Notes under the pieces: model-generated
Told to the model about the DNA's origin: nothing
The model's database searches: none
What the model saw: only the letters and a program-made list of their open reading frames with translations
Position numbers and translations under genes: made by a program
Part shown: positions 13,743-30,990 of the stretch, in pieces
Layout of the letters: each line of letters opens with the position of its first letter
Numbering within the stretch: position 1 is the stretch's first letter
Origin: Eledone cirrhosa
Taxonomy: Eukaryota
NCBI GenBank assembly: GCA_964016885.1
Contig: OZ024744.1
Coordinates: 77,066,001 to 77,130,000, forward strand
DNA length: 64,000 nt
Direction of reading: 5' to 3'

Positions 13743-15650
13743 ACCAGTGCCCCAATTATCACAGGCATAAATCTGAAGGTGTAATCAGGGGGGAGTATCT
13801 GCAGATTTCTCATCAGTTCTGCATAAATATTCTCCTTTTCACTAATCTTTGATATTATATTGGCATCTGCTGGGCAGCTAATTTCCACTACTGTGCATGC
13901 TTGTTTACAAGACACATTAGTTCACATTAGAGAGTTCCGATGACCAGATCTTTCTTAATCGGGTGTTACGCGTTCTTTATTACAGATACCATTATAGGAT
14001 ATGTTCTCATCTATCCCCAGGTATCTGTAGCAGTCCTCATCAGATATCAGTGAAACAGTTAGACCATTGATGATAATGTTGCTAGATTGGGTTGTTGTTT
14101 TTCCCCGCTTTACAGTTATGTATGAGCATTTATCTTGGCCAAACTCCATTCCTATATCCTTTGAGAATGTTGTAACCAGGTCAAGATTTTTCTTCATCCT
14201 ATACATGTTCTTGGCATAGAGTTTCAGATCGTCCACAAAGAAATTATGGGTTAGGTTCGTATTTCTGTCCTCCTGTGAGCCAATGATGTATCCCTCACAT
14301 TTCTTGAGCAGAAATGACAAGGGGTTTTGTGACAAGATGAATAATATCACAGAGAGACTGTCCCCCTGAAATATACCCCTGCAATATTTTATTTTATCAG
14401 TGAAAATAGAGTCCTACCTCTCTGTCTTTAACCTTAGGATAGTAGCCCAAGAAGAAGACAGCCTCTCTATGGCTCTGACAATAATGTCTGGGACTTTAGC
14501 AAGTTGGAGGGCCTCTATCATCCAAGAGTGGGGAACAGAATCGAAAGCTTTCCTGTAGTCCAGTCAGACTGTAGCCATATTCCTCCTAAGTTGTCGCACT
14601 TCCGACATCGCAGTTTTGTTGATTAGGAGTTGTTCAGCACATCCCCAAACCCCTTTCTTTCCAGCTGCTTGTTCATCTGTGATGATGTTATTATTTTCAC
14701 AGTGATCTTGGAGGATTAGGTTCAGGCAGGCTGTATACATCTTATACATCAGGTTCTGGCATGCAATGGGTCGGTAGTTTTTTGCCAAGTGGGTGTCTTT
14801 GTTCTTGGGGACCAGTAATGTTTGTGCTAATGTCAACCATTCTGGTATAAGTGTATCTCCCTTAAGAATTTGTTGGTAGAGGTCAGTAAGATACCTCCGA
14901 TAGAATATCAGTTTTTTGTACCAGTAGCCGACAATCATGTCTCTTCCTGGTGTTTTCTTATCTTGGAGTTTTCCTATCACAGTTTCAAGGGTACCCTCAC
15001 TTATTTCGTATGTTTTTGTTGTAGTGTAGGAGGAATAGTTCTTTCGGATTTCTCTTAGCCACACTGCATCTTGGTTGAAATTCTTCTTTTCACCCCATAT
15101 TTTTCTCCAAAAGGAATCTGTCTTTCTGGGATGGGGCCTCAGTGACACTTATTATTTTGTTGACTTTGCCTTTCATCCTTACGGGGTCGATAAAATAAAG
15201 TACCAGTAATGCACTGGGTAATTGCTGGCCTTGTGCCAAAAGTAGAAACAATTATTTTGCCCTTCATATCTCTATAGACTGATGTTTGGTTTTGTCTGAA
15301 TCTTTTATTAAGCACTTTTCTCTCATCTACTTTCTTCAGGTATCGGCGTTTTTCGCTAACAGCTCTCAATTCTTGTTTGAGGGTGATCAGCTTATATTGA
15401 AGAGTTCTGGTTCTACTGTTACCAAACATCGTCTCTATTTTATTTTTCTCTCTTTGTTGGTGAGGAGTGAGATTTTTTGTGTTTGTTTGCATGTAAGGAG
15501 CATTGTCACATATCCTATGTTTTTTCATAGGTCAGCAATCTTTTTTTGTATTTTAGTTATATATGATGGTATTTTTGGTGGTGTTTTGTTCTTGTTAATA
15601 TCTCTGCTATCACCAAGATAATGCTTCACTGTCGTTGCTAAGGCATATAA
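13329..15650 (-). mobile_element. R4/Dong-like LINE, copy B (deleted, with SINE and microsatellite interruptions)
   Basis: Near-identical segments to copy A; RGIFQGDSLS and FFVDDLKLYA present; 3' end abuts (TATG)n 13254-13328. Confidence 0.85.
15160..15256 (+). mobile_element. SINE 3' half inside R4 copy B
   Basis: gactttgcctttcatccttacggggtcgataaaataaagtaccag... matches the 7501 SINE. Confidence 0.75.
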
Positions 15651-16019
15651 ACATATGTATGTATGAATAGAGAAATCTAGTCCCATCATTGGAAAGAATT
15701 AAACACGGTATGTCATGTACTCATCGTTTCTAAGAGAGGAGAGTAAATATCTCTGACCCTTTTTCAGCTCCCTAGGTATTGCTTCCCACTTGCATTATCT
15801 CAATCTCAACTTCAAGATGTCAGAAACCATCTTGTAAACAAGACTTTATTCAACACCTTTCTCACTCAAAATGGAAATACCCCTCTACATCCCTCCTTCC
15901 CCCGCAGCTACCATTCAATGTATGTACTTTATTTACCCAGTCGTCCACCCTCCTTCTCATCCTCACTTCCTCTACTCTGCTTCCTCCTCTTCCTTCTCCT
16001 CTTCCTTCTCCTCCACTTT

Positions 16020-16031
16020 CTACTATTACTA

Positions 16032-16063
<32 letters not shown>

Positions 16064-16327
16064 ACTACAACTACTACTACTACTACCGCTGCTGCTGCTA
16101 CTACTATTACTACTACTACTACTACTACTACTACTAATAATAATAATAATAATACCACTACTACTACTACCACAACCACCACCACCACCACTATTACTGC
16201 TGCTGCTACTACTACTACTACCGCTGCTGCTGCTGCTACTACTACTATTACTACCACTACCACTACCACTACTACTACTAGTACCTCTACTACTACCACC
16301 ACTACTACTACTACTACCTCTACTACT

Positions 16328-16364
<37 letters not shown>

Positions 16365-16447
16365 TACTGCTATTGCTGCTGCTGCTGCTGCTGCTACTGC
16401 TACTACTACTACTACCACCACTACCACTACTACTACTACTACTATCA

Positions 16448-16488
<41 letters not shown>

Positions 16489-16522
16489 GCTGCTGCTACT
16501 ACTACTGTTATTGCTGCTGCTG

Positions 16523-16562
<40 letters not shown>

Positions 16563-16564
16563 CA

Positions 16565-16611
<47 letters not shown>

Positions 16612-16625
16612 GCTGCTACTGCTAC
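16020..16625. repeat. compound (CTA)n/(CTG)n/(CCA)n trinucleotide repeat
   Basis: Direct reading; source of the poly-T/L/S/V/Y ORFs. Confidence 0.95.
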
Positions 16626-16932
16626 TTTTCATCCCGTCAAAGAAATATCTGGAATTTCCAGTTAACCTTCACAACCACCTCTCCACCTTCTCCGCACCCT
16701 ATCATCAGCCACATTCTGTGATGGGATGGGATGGAATGGAATGTGGTGTGGGTTGTAGAGTGGTGTGTCAGTTGAGGGGAAATACTCCACAACACTCCCT
16801 CCCTCCACCCGCCATCCCTTCTCTCTCCATCCCTTCACTCATCTTCTCTGTTTAAAACAATATATGATAATCCTGCAAGCGGTAGATATACTGTTCACTC
16901 ACTCACGTGTACACACACACACACACACTCAT

Positions 16933-16963
<31 letters not shown>

Positions 16964-17257
16964 ACACACTCGGGCTCACAAATATGGAGGAATAGAGAGG
17001 AAGGGGTCAAAGAGAAGAGCAACATGTCTATAAATATATATATTGACAGTACTCCTATATATATCAAGTAAGAATATTTTTGAAACAGCGAGTGGGTTTG
17101 AAATTATTAGAAATGTAAGCTATCGCCGTATTTTGACTAAAGAAATTAAAGAAGCTATTTAGCCTGATAGTGGGGTTAAGAACCCTCGGAGAAATGGAAA
17201 AAGATGAGTATTGACGTACATGGGAGTCGACTCCCATGTACGTCAATACTCATCTTT

Positions 17258-19410
17258 GTGGTCTTTGGCGTAGAGTATTTCCGGGGCTTCAGCGGCGCAG
17301 AGGTCACATGGTCTTTTATTTCCGTTATACGATCTAGCCTTAGCTAGGATCTCCCAGTGTAATTTATATTGGGTGTGGTTGTCTTTTAGACTCCAGATAT
17401 AAGCTGAAAGTGACGTTATATTCCTTCTTAAAGGGTTAAGAAAAGAATGAGAATGCATGTAAAGACGCTGCTTGAATCTATTGGTGGTTAACCCTATGTA
17501 GGCCCTATGGGACGTGGGTGTTTCAACCTTACATTTGTAGACAATGTTACTAGAGAGGCATTTCTCGGATAGGGAGCAGTCAACCCGATTCCTACAATTA
17601 CAGTTAGTACTAGCAACAGGGTTGCACATGTTCCTACGGCTAGGTGATTTAGCTAAATTTGAAGCTGTGATGTTATGTGCAACATTAGGAGTCATAGAGT
17701 AATAAATTTTAATGGTATTTCTATTAAAAGTTTTACTATATTTATGTACTGGGGGAAATGCTTCGTAATAAGGGAGAGAAAGATCTTATAATGCGTCGGG
17801 ATCTATTTTTCCAAGGTCTATTCTCATACTCTGTAGATACTACCTTATCGATAAATCCACTCCGAGCAAGAGCTTCATTGTAATGTGTGGAATGGTCGGT
17901 GAAAATATGCTCATTTGTAGATAGACGGGAAAGCCTATGGCACGGTGGTTAGAATGGTTACTTATGTAATTAAGCGTCTCATTCGGCTTTCTATACGGGT
18001 AGTGCAAGCCATTCGACAAATTGAGGGTAACGTCGAGATAATTAACAACCGAGAAGTTGGCCTCAACCTGTATGGAGCGGTTGAAGCCTTTAAAGAAGGC
18101 TGTGAGTTCTTTTCTGAACCTGTCGCAAGCACGTGGGTCGCACTTTGTCATGGTCAAAAGACCGTCATCACGGTACAAACCACCGCCCACGTTGGGGAAT
18201 TCTTCCTTGATAGAGAAAAGAAGGAAAAGGCCGATAAGATCAGTAACCTCCGCAGAATCGCTGGCGCCCATACTCACGTCGAATGGGGTACTATTAGATT
18301 TTTTAATCCAAATAGAGTCATCGAAATTTATCACCGACTTACGGGCATTGAGGATGACATCAACTTCGAAATCCTTAACCACTGTGAGTGTTTTAGCGAA
18401 ATTGATAGCTCTAAGAAGAAGTGGTAAAATGATGGAGGAGTAGTAATTATTGATGTCAAATTGGATAAAACGGCAATGTTCCTTGTTGCATATGCCGTTG
18501 AACCAATCAATCACCGCGAAAGAATTGTTCCACGGTGCAAGAGGGGCCAAACTTCTAATTTCAGGTATAATTCTAGCTAAAGTCCTTTTAAGTCTACCTA
18601 AATCGGACTTCGTAGGGTTAATAAGCCGAATAGAGGGGTTGTTCAGGAAATTGGATTTGTGATCCTTCAGGGTAAAGTGGGGAGAAATAGGGTTCAGAGG
18701 TTCAGTTCGGTCCAGGATGTTGAGATCAGAGGTGATTTTAAACCCAGCATCGTTGATGTCATTAATGACACTCCGATTAGCCTTACGGTAATCCTTAGTT
18801 ACAGCATTATGTAGCAGTTGATGGTAAGTACTACGCTCCACTTGATATAGGTTGCCAGTTTTGTCGGAGTGGACGTGCACGCACGGCATTAGAATCCTTA
18901 ATAGAACGAATTCTATTCTTCAGGTCCTGCTGGAAGGAATTGCTCCTATTCCGAAATTTGATACTCCGTATGAGTTCCAAGACATCATTTTCGAAGGGTA
19001 GCAATGCTGGGTTACTCGGAGGGCTATTGTAGGTTTTAAACCCAAATTTATCCTGTTTGTTGTCCGCTTTTCCCTGATTATCGAAATAAAAGGCACGCCA
19101 ACACCTTTTAATGAACGCGTTTGTTTTCTGTATCAGGAGTTTTAGGTATGTTTTCCTGCTTGGTACGGGTATGTTCTTTGTAGAAATATTCAGATGTTGT
19201 TTCTGCATGATGAATATAAGTCAATAGAGTGCTCAACCGAGGGAGCCAAATAGTAATAATAATAAATTTGAAGACTAAATTCCAAAGAGTCTCGATAAGG
19301 ATAAATATATATCAAATATATAAGAACCGTAGAGCAAATATTTATTAAAATAACAGATTAAAGTTTAAGCAAAAATCGCTGCTTTCCCCCTTAACGGGAG
19401 CTTCTGAAAC
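17258..19410 (-). mobile_element. Naiad-like PLE, near full length, frameshifted
   Basis: ISTKNIPVPSRKTY, SDKTGNLY, TLKDHK..F.NNPSIRLINPTKSDLG, FIQFDI..YYSSI, FDVSMGA.DSAE..DL.G, GGLYRDDGL, CNC..C.L..C, IVY..YIGLT..FKQR, CDLC. Confidence 0.88.
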
Positions 19411-19899
19411 TAAAAAAATCAATATGTGAACGCAGAAGTAAATATTTCGAAGAACGTTGCAGCCGAAAGAAGACAGGAAGACGATACTTTGGTTCGTGGA
19501 AACGTTTCCTGGCAAAGAACGGAAAAAACGAAGATAATACGTCATTATTTGGAGCATTGAAAACAATTATACGCAAAGACAAAACCACGTTTATGGTATA
19601 AATGAAGTCGTAGACTAAAATTCTATCTAGGAAAGCGAATGATTCTCAGCTTCAGAGTTAAGAATAAAGTAAATAAAACCGATTACCTCTGTATTTTATT
19701 TACTTTTGACAACAGCTGGTGATATGCATGTAAGTAAATATTCTCCTTATCTGATAGTTTGTAACTAACCTTACATAGATCGATAACGAAGTATAATTAC
19801 AATGTATTATCGTCACCTAGAAACGATCGTAAAGCAGTGAAGTATATCTCTAATGACTTGATTTTTTATTTCATTGTTTTAACTTTTATATATATATTT

Positions 19900-20896
19900 A
19901 AGAAATGAATACAAATGAGTATATACCGTTAAAACATGTTTATATAACAATGCACCTACGTACGTTTCGCCCAGAACGGCCTTCTCAAGGGCATAGAAAA
20001 CAAAAAAAATTATCAGCACTTGACCCAGGAGGGGTTTTAAGGTTAAATTCACATCAGAGTTCATTTTTCGCTTAAGTACATGTGTTGTTATTGCTGCAGA
20101 GCAGGGGGAGTAACTCCGGCCGGTGCTTGAATAATCTTGTCCCACTGGCTTTTTTACCCGTTCACATGATGGTGTTTTGCGTTATTATTTTGTGGGTGCT
20201 GCTTTACTAATGCTGGTTCGAGCCGGGTCTGGGATGCATATTTAGTTCACAGATGTTTGTTTACGCCGCCTGCCCACCAGAGTGTTATGGTTTGGGCAGG
20301 GGGACCCAGTTTATAGTTTTTCATGCCACAGTCGCTTCCCACCCAAAGTAAGACGCTTGCATTCGGTGCTTACAGTTTATGACTGATTCGGCTCTGCTGT
20401 TTATGAGTTCGTGGAGTGTTCTTATGATGTAGCAAAGCTCCATGAGGCAAAGCTCGCACTTCCTCTTGAAATTGTAGGGTGCAGCCCTACCGACAATATC
20501 CCAGTGTGTGAAGAAGCTGATGTTGACGTCTTTTAATGTAGTGACGTAATTGGCAAGTGACGTGGAGTGCTTTAGTTTTTGTTCCTGAAAGAGTGAAGAT
20601 GTATTCTAAATCTCGTTTTGAACTGGCCAGAGGTGGCCCCTATATAGTGTTTAACTCTATTATGGCTAGTTATTGTGCACCTATAAATAACATTATCAGT
20701 CAGGCAGTTTCCCCTGAGAGGGCAATGAAGCGAAAAATGAATTCTGATGTGAATTTAACCTTAAAACCCCTCATGGGTCGCGTACTGATAATTTTTTTTC
20801 TATGCCCTTGAGAAGCCCGTTCTGGGCGAAACGTACGTAGGTGCATTGTTATATAAACATGTTTTAACGGTATATACTCCTTTGTATTCATTTCTT
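19900..20896 (-). mobile_element. Naiad-like 3' fragment (GIY-YIG + 3' UTR) with inverted pLTR
   Basis: Minus strand 20330-20727 reads CPLRGNCLTDNVIYRC..HYIGATSGQFKTRF..H..SF..CELCL..NCKH; arms 19900-20073 / 20728-20896. Confidence 0.8.
20802..20846 (+). ncRNA. hammerhead motif, UUGAGAA (U3-A8) variant
   Basis: augccc-UUGAGAA-gccc(guucu)gggc-GAAA-cguacg-UA-ggugcau; inverted copy at 19950-19994. Confidence 0.7.
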
Positions 20897-21115
20897 TTGT
20901 AACCGCTCTGCTTATTTTCTCGCCCACTAAATATTAACGCTTCTAATATTTAACCCTGTAGGCACAAGTATTGAGCACATTTGCACAAACTATTGGCAAC
21001 TAAATATATGTATCGCTTATCTTTCCTTTTTTTTTTCTCTCTCGATATAAAAACATTCTATTAATATGCTCCTTATACTAGAGCACTATACTTTATCTGC
21101 CATCAACCGTTACCC

Positions 21116-24778
<3,663 letters not shown>

Positions 24779-24837
24779 TTATATTTAAGTAACAGCCGTA
24801 CTAAGAGTGGGAAATGAAATTCCGTTTCATTTTTTCC

Positions 24838-24896
<59 letters not shown>

Positions 24897-24939
24897 TATA
24901 TATATATACATATATATACATATATGGAAAATATATATA

Positions 24940-27200
24940 TATACTGGAAAAAGATCAAGAGAGAAATCCGGAAGCAAATATGGAGCGAAAACACCGCCAC
25001 ACAAGACACCAACACACAATTTCAACACTTCATGACAACGATACACACTATAAGAAGATTGTTCCGGAGAAAAAGGCAAACAGACACAAAAATGTTATTC
25101 CCAGAGATAGGAACATCCTTGAGACGTAGAACCAAGCTCTCAAACCAGTTGAATGCACAAGAAAACAAAAATAAAAAGGAATCCTATTTGAAACGTGCAC
25201 TACTTGACACCGAGATTCCACTCAAACTTTCCCATGAAAATGAGAGGGTAAAGAAAGAAAGCAGGGCCATAGAAAATATTAAAACAAACCCTAAGGCCTT
25301 CTTTAAATTTGCAAAAGAAACTGCCTCGGTACTCTGCAAGATTGGGCCACTCTTCCATACAGACGGTTCATTATCGAGAATCCCCAAGAGATATGTGAAA
25401 TACTGAACGAACAGTACAAAAGTGTGTTCACATGTCCACTGAGGCACATGCAAATAACAAAGCGAGAGGAGTTCTTTGATGCCACAACACTACATGAAGA
25501 AATGGCGACCATCAACCATATAGACATAACGGAGGAGGATGTGGCATACGCCATAGATGAAATTAGAACAGACTCAGCTGCTGGACCTGAGTAATTCCCA
25601 GCAGTCATCTTGCCTTAGCAACTCCACTGAAGACGCTCTTCAGAAGCTCCTTGGCTAGCGGTATACTACCCAGGGAGCTGAAAGAAGGCACAATATGCCC
25701 TATCCACAAAGGAGGTAGCAGAGCGGAGGCCAAAAACTATAGCCCAGTCTCCCTGACGTCACATATCAGTAAGATCATGGAGCGAGTCGTCAGAAAGAAA
25801 CTGATCACTTTCCTCTAGGAAAATGACCGCCTGACTAGCACGCAGCATGGCTTCCGCCCAGGAAGAAGCTGCCTTACACAGCTGCTACATCACTACGACT
25901 GAGTACTGAAACAACTGCTAGACAGCTCATATGTGGACGTGATATATCTTGACTTTGCGAAGGCCTTTGACAAGGTCGACCACGGAATGATATGTCACAA
26001 ACCTCACGGACTCGGCATAACTGGAAAAGTAAGTGAGTGGCTGCACGACTTCTTAAAGGACAGAAGCCAGGCACGCAGCAAACGGGGCTTTTTCAAAGGA
26101 AACATCAATAACAAGTGGGGTGCCCCAAGGCACATTCCTGGGACCACTACTGTTTTTGGTGACTCTCTCAGACATGCCTTCTGTAGTACATACAACAACA
26201 TCCCTCACTAGCTATGCTGATGACACTAAGGTAACACGGGCAATCAAAAACCCGGCTGACGCTGCCCTTTTACAACAAGATCTGGATGCCATATACAAAT
26301 GGGCGGAAGACAACAACATGCAGTTTAATGCTGGCAAATTCCAAGCCCTACAATACAAACCTTCAAACACAAATACAGTACAATACAGTTACGCAGGAAC
26401 AGGAGAGACCGATATCCCCGTGTCAAAATCGATGCGAGACCTGGGTATAGACTGGAGCGATGATGCATCTTTTTCCTCACACATCATGAAAGTGGCGAGA
26501 ATGTGCAAACGACTCGCTGGCTGGATCTTGAGGACTTTCCGGACAAGAGACCGAGACACCATGTTGACACTATGGAGGACATTTGTCCTAACCCACCTGG
26601 ACTATTGTTCCCAGTTCTGGTCACCCCATAGTGTCAAACTAACCAGGGCGCTTGAGGCAATCCAGCGAAGCTACACCAAGAGGATTGCCACGATGAAGGA
26701 GATAAGCTACTGGGAGAGGCTAAAAGAACTGAACCTCTACTCCTTGGAACGAAGAATGGAGAGATACGCAGTGATCTACATGTGGAAAATCCTGGAGGGA
26801 CGAGCACCAAACTTTGGCATTGAGAGCTGAATCAACCGTCGAACAGGACGTCACTGTGTGGTGCTAAAGGTCCCGTCTTCCACATCTAGAATAAGGAGCA
26901 GATATTGCAATAGCCTGGGGTTCAAGGGCCCTCAACTCTTTAACAAGCTGCCGAGGGATCTGAGAGATCTGCATGGTGTGGAGGTGGATGTCTTCAAGAA
27001 ACATCTCGACACCTTGCTATCCAGGATCCCGGATGAGCCCACAGCAAGGCACGAGGGTAACCTAAGGGCAGCAGCAACAAACTCCCTCTTGCACCAGTGG
27101 CCAACCAATACAGGTTGGAGATAAAATGTGTAGCAACAAGGGTGGTGTCCCAGCATGGCCTCAGCCGGATGGCTGGATCAGGTAAAAGAGTAAAAGAGGA
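24940..27200 (+). mobile_element. CR1-like LINE, 5'-truncated ORF2 pseudogene
   Basis: NPKAFFKFA, KNY.PVSLTSH, QHGFR, DVIYLDFAKAFDKVDH, PQGT.LGPLLF, YADDTK, LYSLERR.ERY; tail gtaaaagagtaaaagag. Confidence 0.88.
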
Positions 27201-27222
27201 GTATATATATATATATATATAT

Positions 27223-30042
27223 TTCGTTTCTGAATTTGTTTAGCAAGATTCTTTATCTGAAAACGTGTGTTGAAACCGATATTGTTATACTTTGGGAGGG
27301 TCATGTTGCCAATAAGAAACACACGCACCAGATGCTTTCACTTCAATTTATTATAATAAATTTATAAATTTAGGAATTTATAAATTTCCGGTTGGTTGGT
27401 TGGTTCCACAACCAGATGGTTGTTTATATATTGTCAAAGTTCTTTCGTCACACATTCTGTGACCTCTTCAGTGACTGGGGATTCTTTTCTTTGTTTTTGT
27501 GCCTCTCCTTTGTTCTGTCCTACGCCATTTTGTTTCTGTGTGTGTGTTGTGTGCTCAGTCTGCGCATGCGCCACATCCGGGTGTCTGTGTGTGTGTGTTT
27601 ATATTCGTTTATTTATTTGTTTATTTACATGTTACAGGTTGGTTGTTTGTTCTATGTGTGTGTGTTTTCATTTAGTCCTTAATTGTAAGTTGTGATGTTG
27701 CTGTTCCACTCATATTTTCTATTTAATTTTGGTTGTAATTCTTTTATGTTTATTGCCTCTGTGATTTGTCTAAACATTGCGTCTTTTCTGTGTGTAGATT
27801 CTATTTTTATTTCTATGTTCTCTAATTTACCCTTATGTTCTATTTTAGCATGTTGGTAGAGTACAGATGATTATTTACTATCTTGAAGGTCTCGCCAGTG
27901 TTCATTTATCCGTTCCCCTACACTACGAGCTGTCTCACCTATGTACACTATATGTTTGTCTCTACATTGTCCTTCAGTACATCTTATGCTATATACTACA
28001 TTTCTAGTTTTACAGTTAATATGGGGGCTTAATTTACAGGTTATACATTTCTTATATATACAGGGGGTCTTTGAAAAGGATATGTCTTGCTAATAAGTGT
28101 TTTTACGGAGGTACCTGGTCTTTCTACTATCTTAATATTGAGTTTATGTTTATCTAGGGCCCTTCAAAATTTGTAAGCTAATTCACCTCTAGGGGTTGTA
28201 TCGATGAACGTTACACTCTGGTATGTATTGCTATCATACCATGAGTTTATTCTATTAGCCTTATTCCTAGTTCTTTCTATTCTGTTCCAAAATGTGCTCC
28301 TATACAAGGGGCAGGTCCCATTTGTGTCATTATTTACCATTTTTTCCCATTTGGTTCTGGCTCCTCTATACACTCTCATTTTATCTCTCTGATTGTAACC
28401 AGAGAACTGCATACGGTGGATGAAGTGTTGTATGTGTCTCTCTAGTTCTTCGGGGTTGCACATGCGGGACACGTTTCTCATCACCCGTACCAAATCCGCA
28501 ATCAGTATGTTGATTTTGGTATGGTCCGAAACAGCTGAGTTTCGGTGGATCAGATATTTGGAAGTCATGGGTTTGGCATAATGGGAATGGAGGATTTGTT
28601 TTTTGTTATTAATGGTATCTAACCATGGCTCTGTGTCTAGTACAGGTAATCGATGGTTGGGGTGTTTACTTGGGTAGTCTATAGTAACTCTAATACTCTG
28701 CTGGATGGAGTTAGCTATTTGCTGGATGCTTTCCATTCTGTTTTTCTCTGATTCCTGACTGTTCTCTAGTGGGGGTGTTTTAACTACGATGTTTATATCA
28801 TCAACGTAGCGGGAGTACATTATCAGGGTTAAGGGGTCTTCTAATTGTTCTTTAAGTTTAAGTTTAAGTCTACTGTCCCACCATACCATGAATAAGTTAG
28901 CTATGTCGCCTGCAATGCTAACACCAATGGCTGCTCCTTCCTCTTGGGCATATGTTTTTCCATTAAATTTGAACATATGCTCCTTAAGGGTTAATATTAT
29001 GCTGGCCCCCACCGCATGTGCAATCATTTTCTTTAGTTCATCGTGGTTTTCGGGTGTCCGTATGGCTCTGGTCCACCCGTTCCATCTATCTGTGTGGGTT
29101 TTCTTGGCCATTGAGGTAATGGTAGGTGGTCTGCCTCTTGCTGGTCTTGTAGGGCACATGTTGCTAAGGTCATATGTGTCTAGGTAAGTTTAAGTAGGAG
29201 TCCCAGCTCACTGGTATCAATCCCACGCAACTCAACATTGCTCTCACTGATCATTTCTACGCTTTTCTCCACAGCAAAATCCACGTCAATAGATGGATAC
29301 AGGGACACAACATCCATACTACCTATTATGCAGTTTGTTAGGTCCCTAGATCGGTTACTCTCGCCGATTCTGCTGAGGAGGTCCTCCGTGCTGTCACATA
29401 CATCTGGGGACATTTCAATGATGGGGCGTATGATCAGGGAGAGGAAGTAGGACAGTCTGTAGTTACTAGCAATGTTAGCTCCACAGACTGGCCGTGTTGG
29501 TGGTCCCGTGACAGGGTCACTGCCCGTTTTATGGTCTTTTCGAAGCCCATACAACGCCGGCACGTCATTGTTCCAGGCCTGGAAGTTGTTGGCAGTCCTT
29601 TTGTTGGGCTGCATTATATTCGTCCACATCACCATATGGGCATTGAGGGCTTTTTCTCTATCCTCATGCTCCTGTGGTGTTACTTCTCTTGTGTTAGTGA
29701 TGTGGGGTTGCATTGCCTGGATGTAGTTTGGCAGGCTGTCAACCGACATGTCAACCGGATGTGGCGCATGCGCAGACTGAGCACAACACACACACAGAAA
29801 CAAAATGGCATAGGACAGAAAAAGGGAGAGGCACAAAAACAAAGAAAAGAATCCCCAGTCACTGAAGAGGTCACAGAATGTGTGACGAAAGAACTTTGAC
29901 AATATATAAACAACCATCTGGTTGTGGAACCAACCAACCGGAAATTTATAATTTCCTAAATTTATAAATTTATTATAATAAATTGAAGTGAAAGCAACTG
30001 GTGCGTGTGTTTCTTATTGGCAACATGACCCTCCCAAAGTAT

Positions 30043-30048
<6 letters not shown>
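27223..30048 (-). mobile_element. PLE family A-related subfamily B, 5'-truncated with ~300-bp inverted pLTR
   Basis: ORF pieces 29180-29750 and 28164-29159, GIY-YIG ~27680-28160; arms 27279-27580 / 29755-30048; (TA)n on both sides. Confidence 0.9.
29858..29900 (+). ncRNA. minimal hammerhead ribozyme motif
   Basis: guca-CUGAAGA-g-gucaca(gaaug)ugugac-GAAA-gaac-UU-ugac; copies at 27433-27475(-) and 57248-57290(+). Confidence 0.75.
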
Positions 30049-30104
<56 letters not shown>

Positions 30105-30263
30105 ATTAAAATACTGGAGCGTGTTGGAGTTAAACACCCTCTTCGTATTATAGAAATGACAGTAAAAGGTATAGCTCAATGTAATTAAACAGAGCCGAAG
30201 AATTATGAATGTATATATATATATTTATGTACATATATATATATACATATATATGTATATATA

Positions 30264-30330
<67 letters not shown>

Positions 30331-30333
<3 letters not shown>

Positions 30334-30748
30334 AGGGCGGGTAAAATTCCCGAGATCCATGGACGAGTTCTCTCCACCGGTCTCTGTCCCTCATTATGGT
30401 TGCCATGCCCTGCGTCTCCAACAGACCAGTGTCTATCCTTAGGGCATAAACATATGTTAACCTTGGTCTTCCTCTTCCAGTATGTCCATGTAGGGGCTCC
30501 CACAGGAGTACTGAGTGCAATGTCAACTCAGGATGTCCAGCTAACCTCAGTCTTCTCTGTGTCACTTTTGAGCTGACTTTTGGGAGGCTCCCACACAGCT
30601 CTGAGTTCTTCATCCTCAGTGTATACTGATTAATGTTCAGAGCCATCCTCACCATTCTCGTGTAGCACCCATCCACCATCTGAGTGAGTTTCTTGGTCAG
30701 TGTCCAAGTCTCAGACCCGTACAGCAGCACAGACTCCACTACAGCAAT
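30331..30748 (-). mobile_element. RTE-like LINE 3' fragment (second RTE family)
   Basis: ESVLLYGSETWTLT..DGCYTRM.RMALNI..RRLRLAGH..LLWEP.HG..RGRP; (TA)n flanks. Confidence 0.85.
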
Positions 30749-30846
30749 GAATATATATATATATAGACTGGTATATATATATATAGACTGGTATACTAAT
30801 ATATATATATGGTATACTAATATGTATAGACTGGTATACTAATATT

Positions 30847-30986
<140 letters not shown>

Positions 30987-30990
30987 GAGA

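Noticed and set aside
15779-16855. Long poly-T/L/S/V/Y ORFs (mucin-like appearance)
   Set aside because: Translations of a (CTA/CTG/CCA)n tract, open in several frames on both strands
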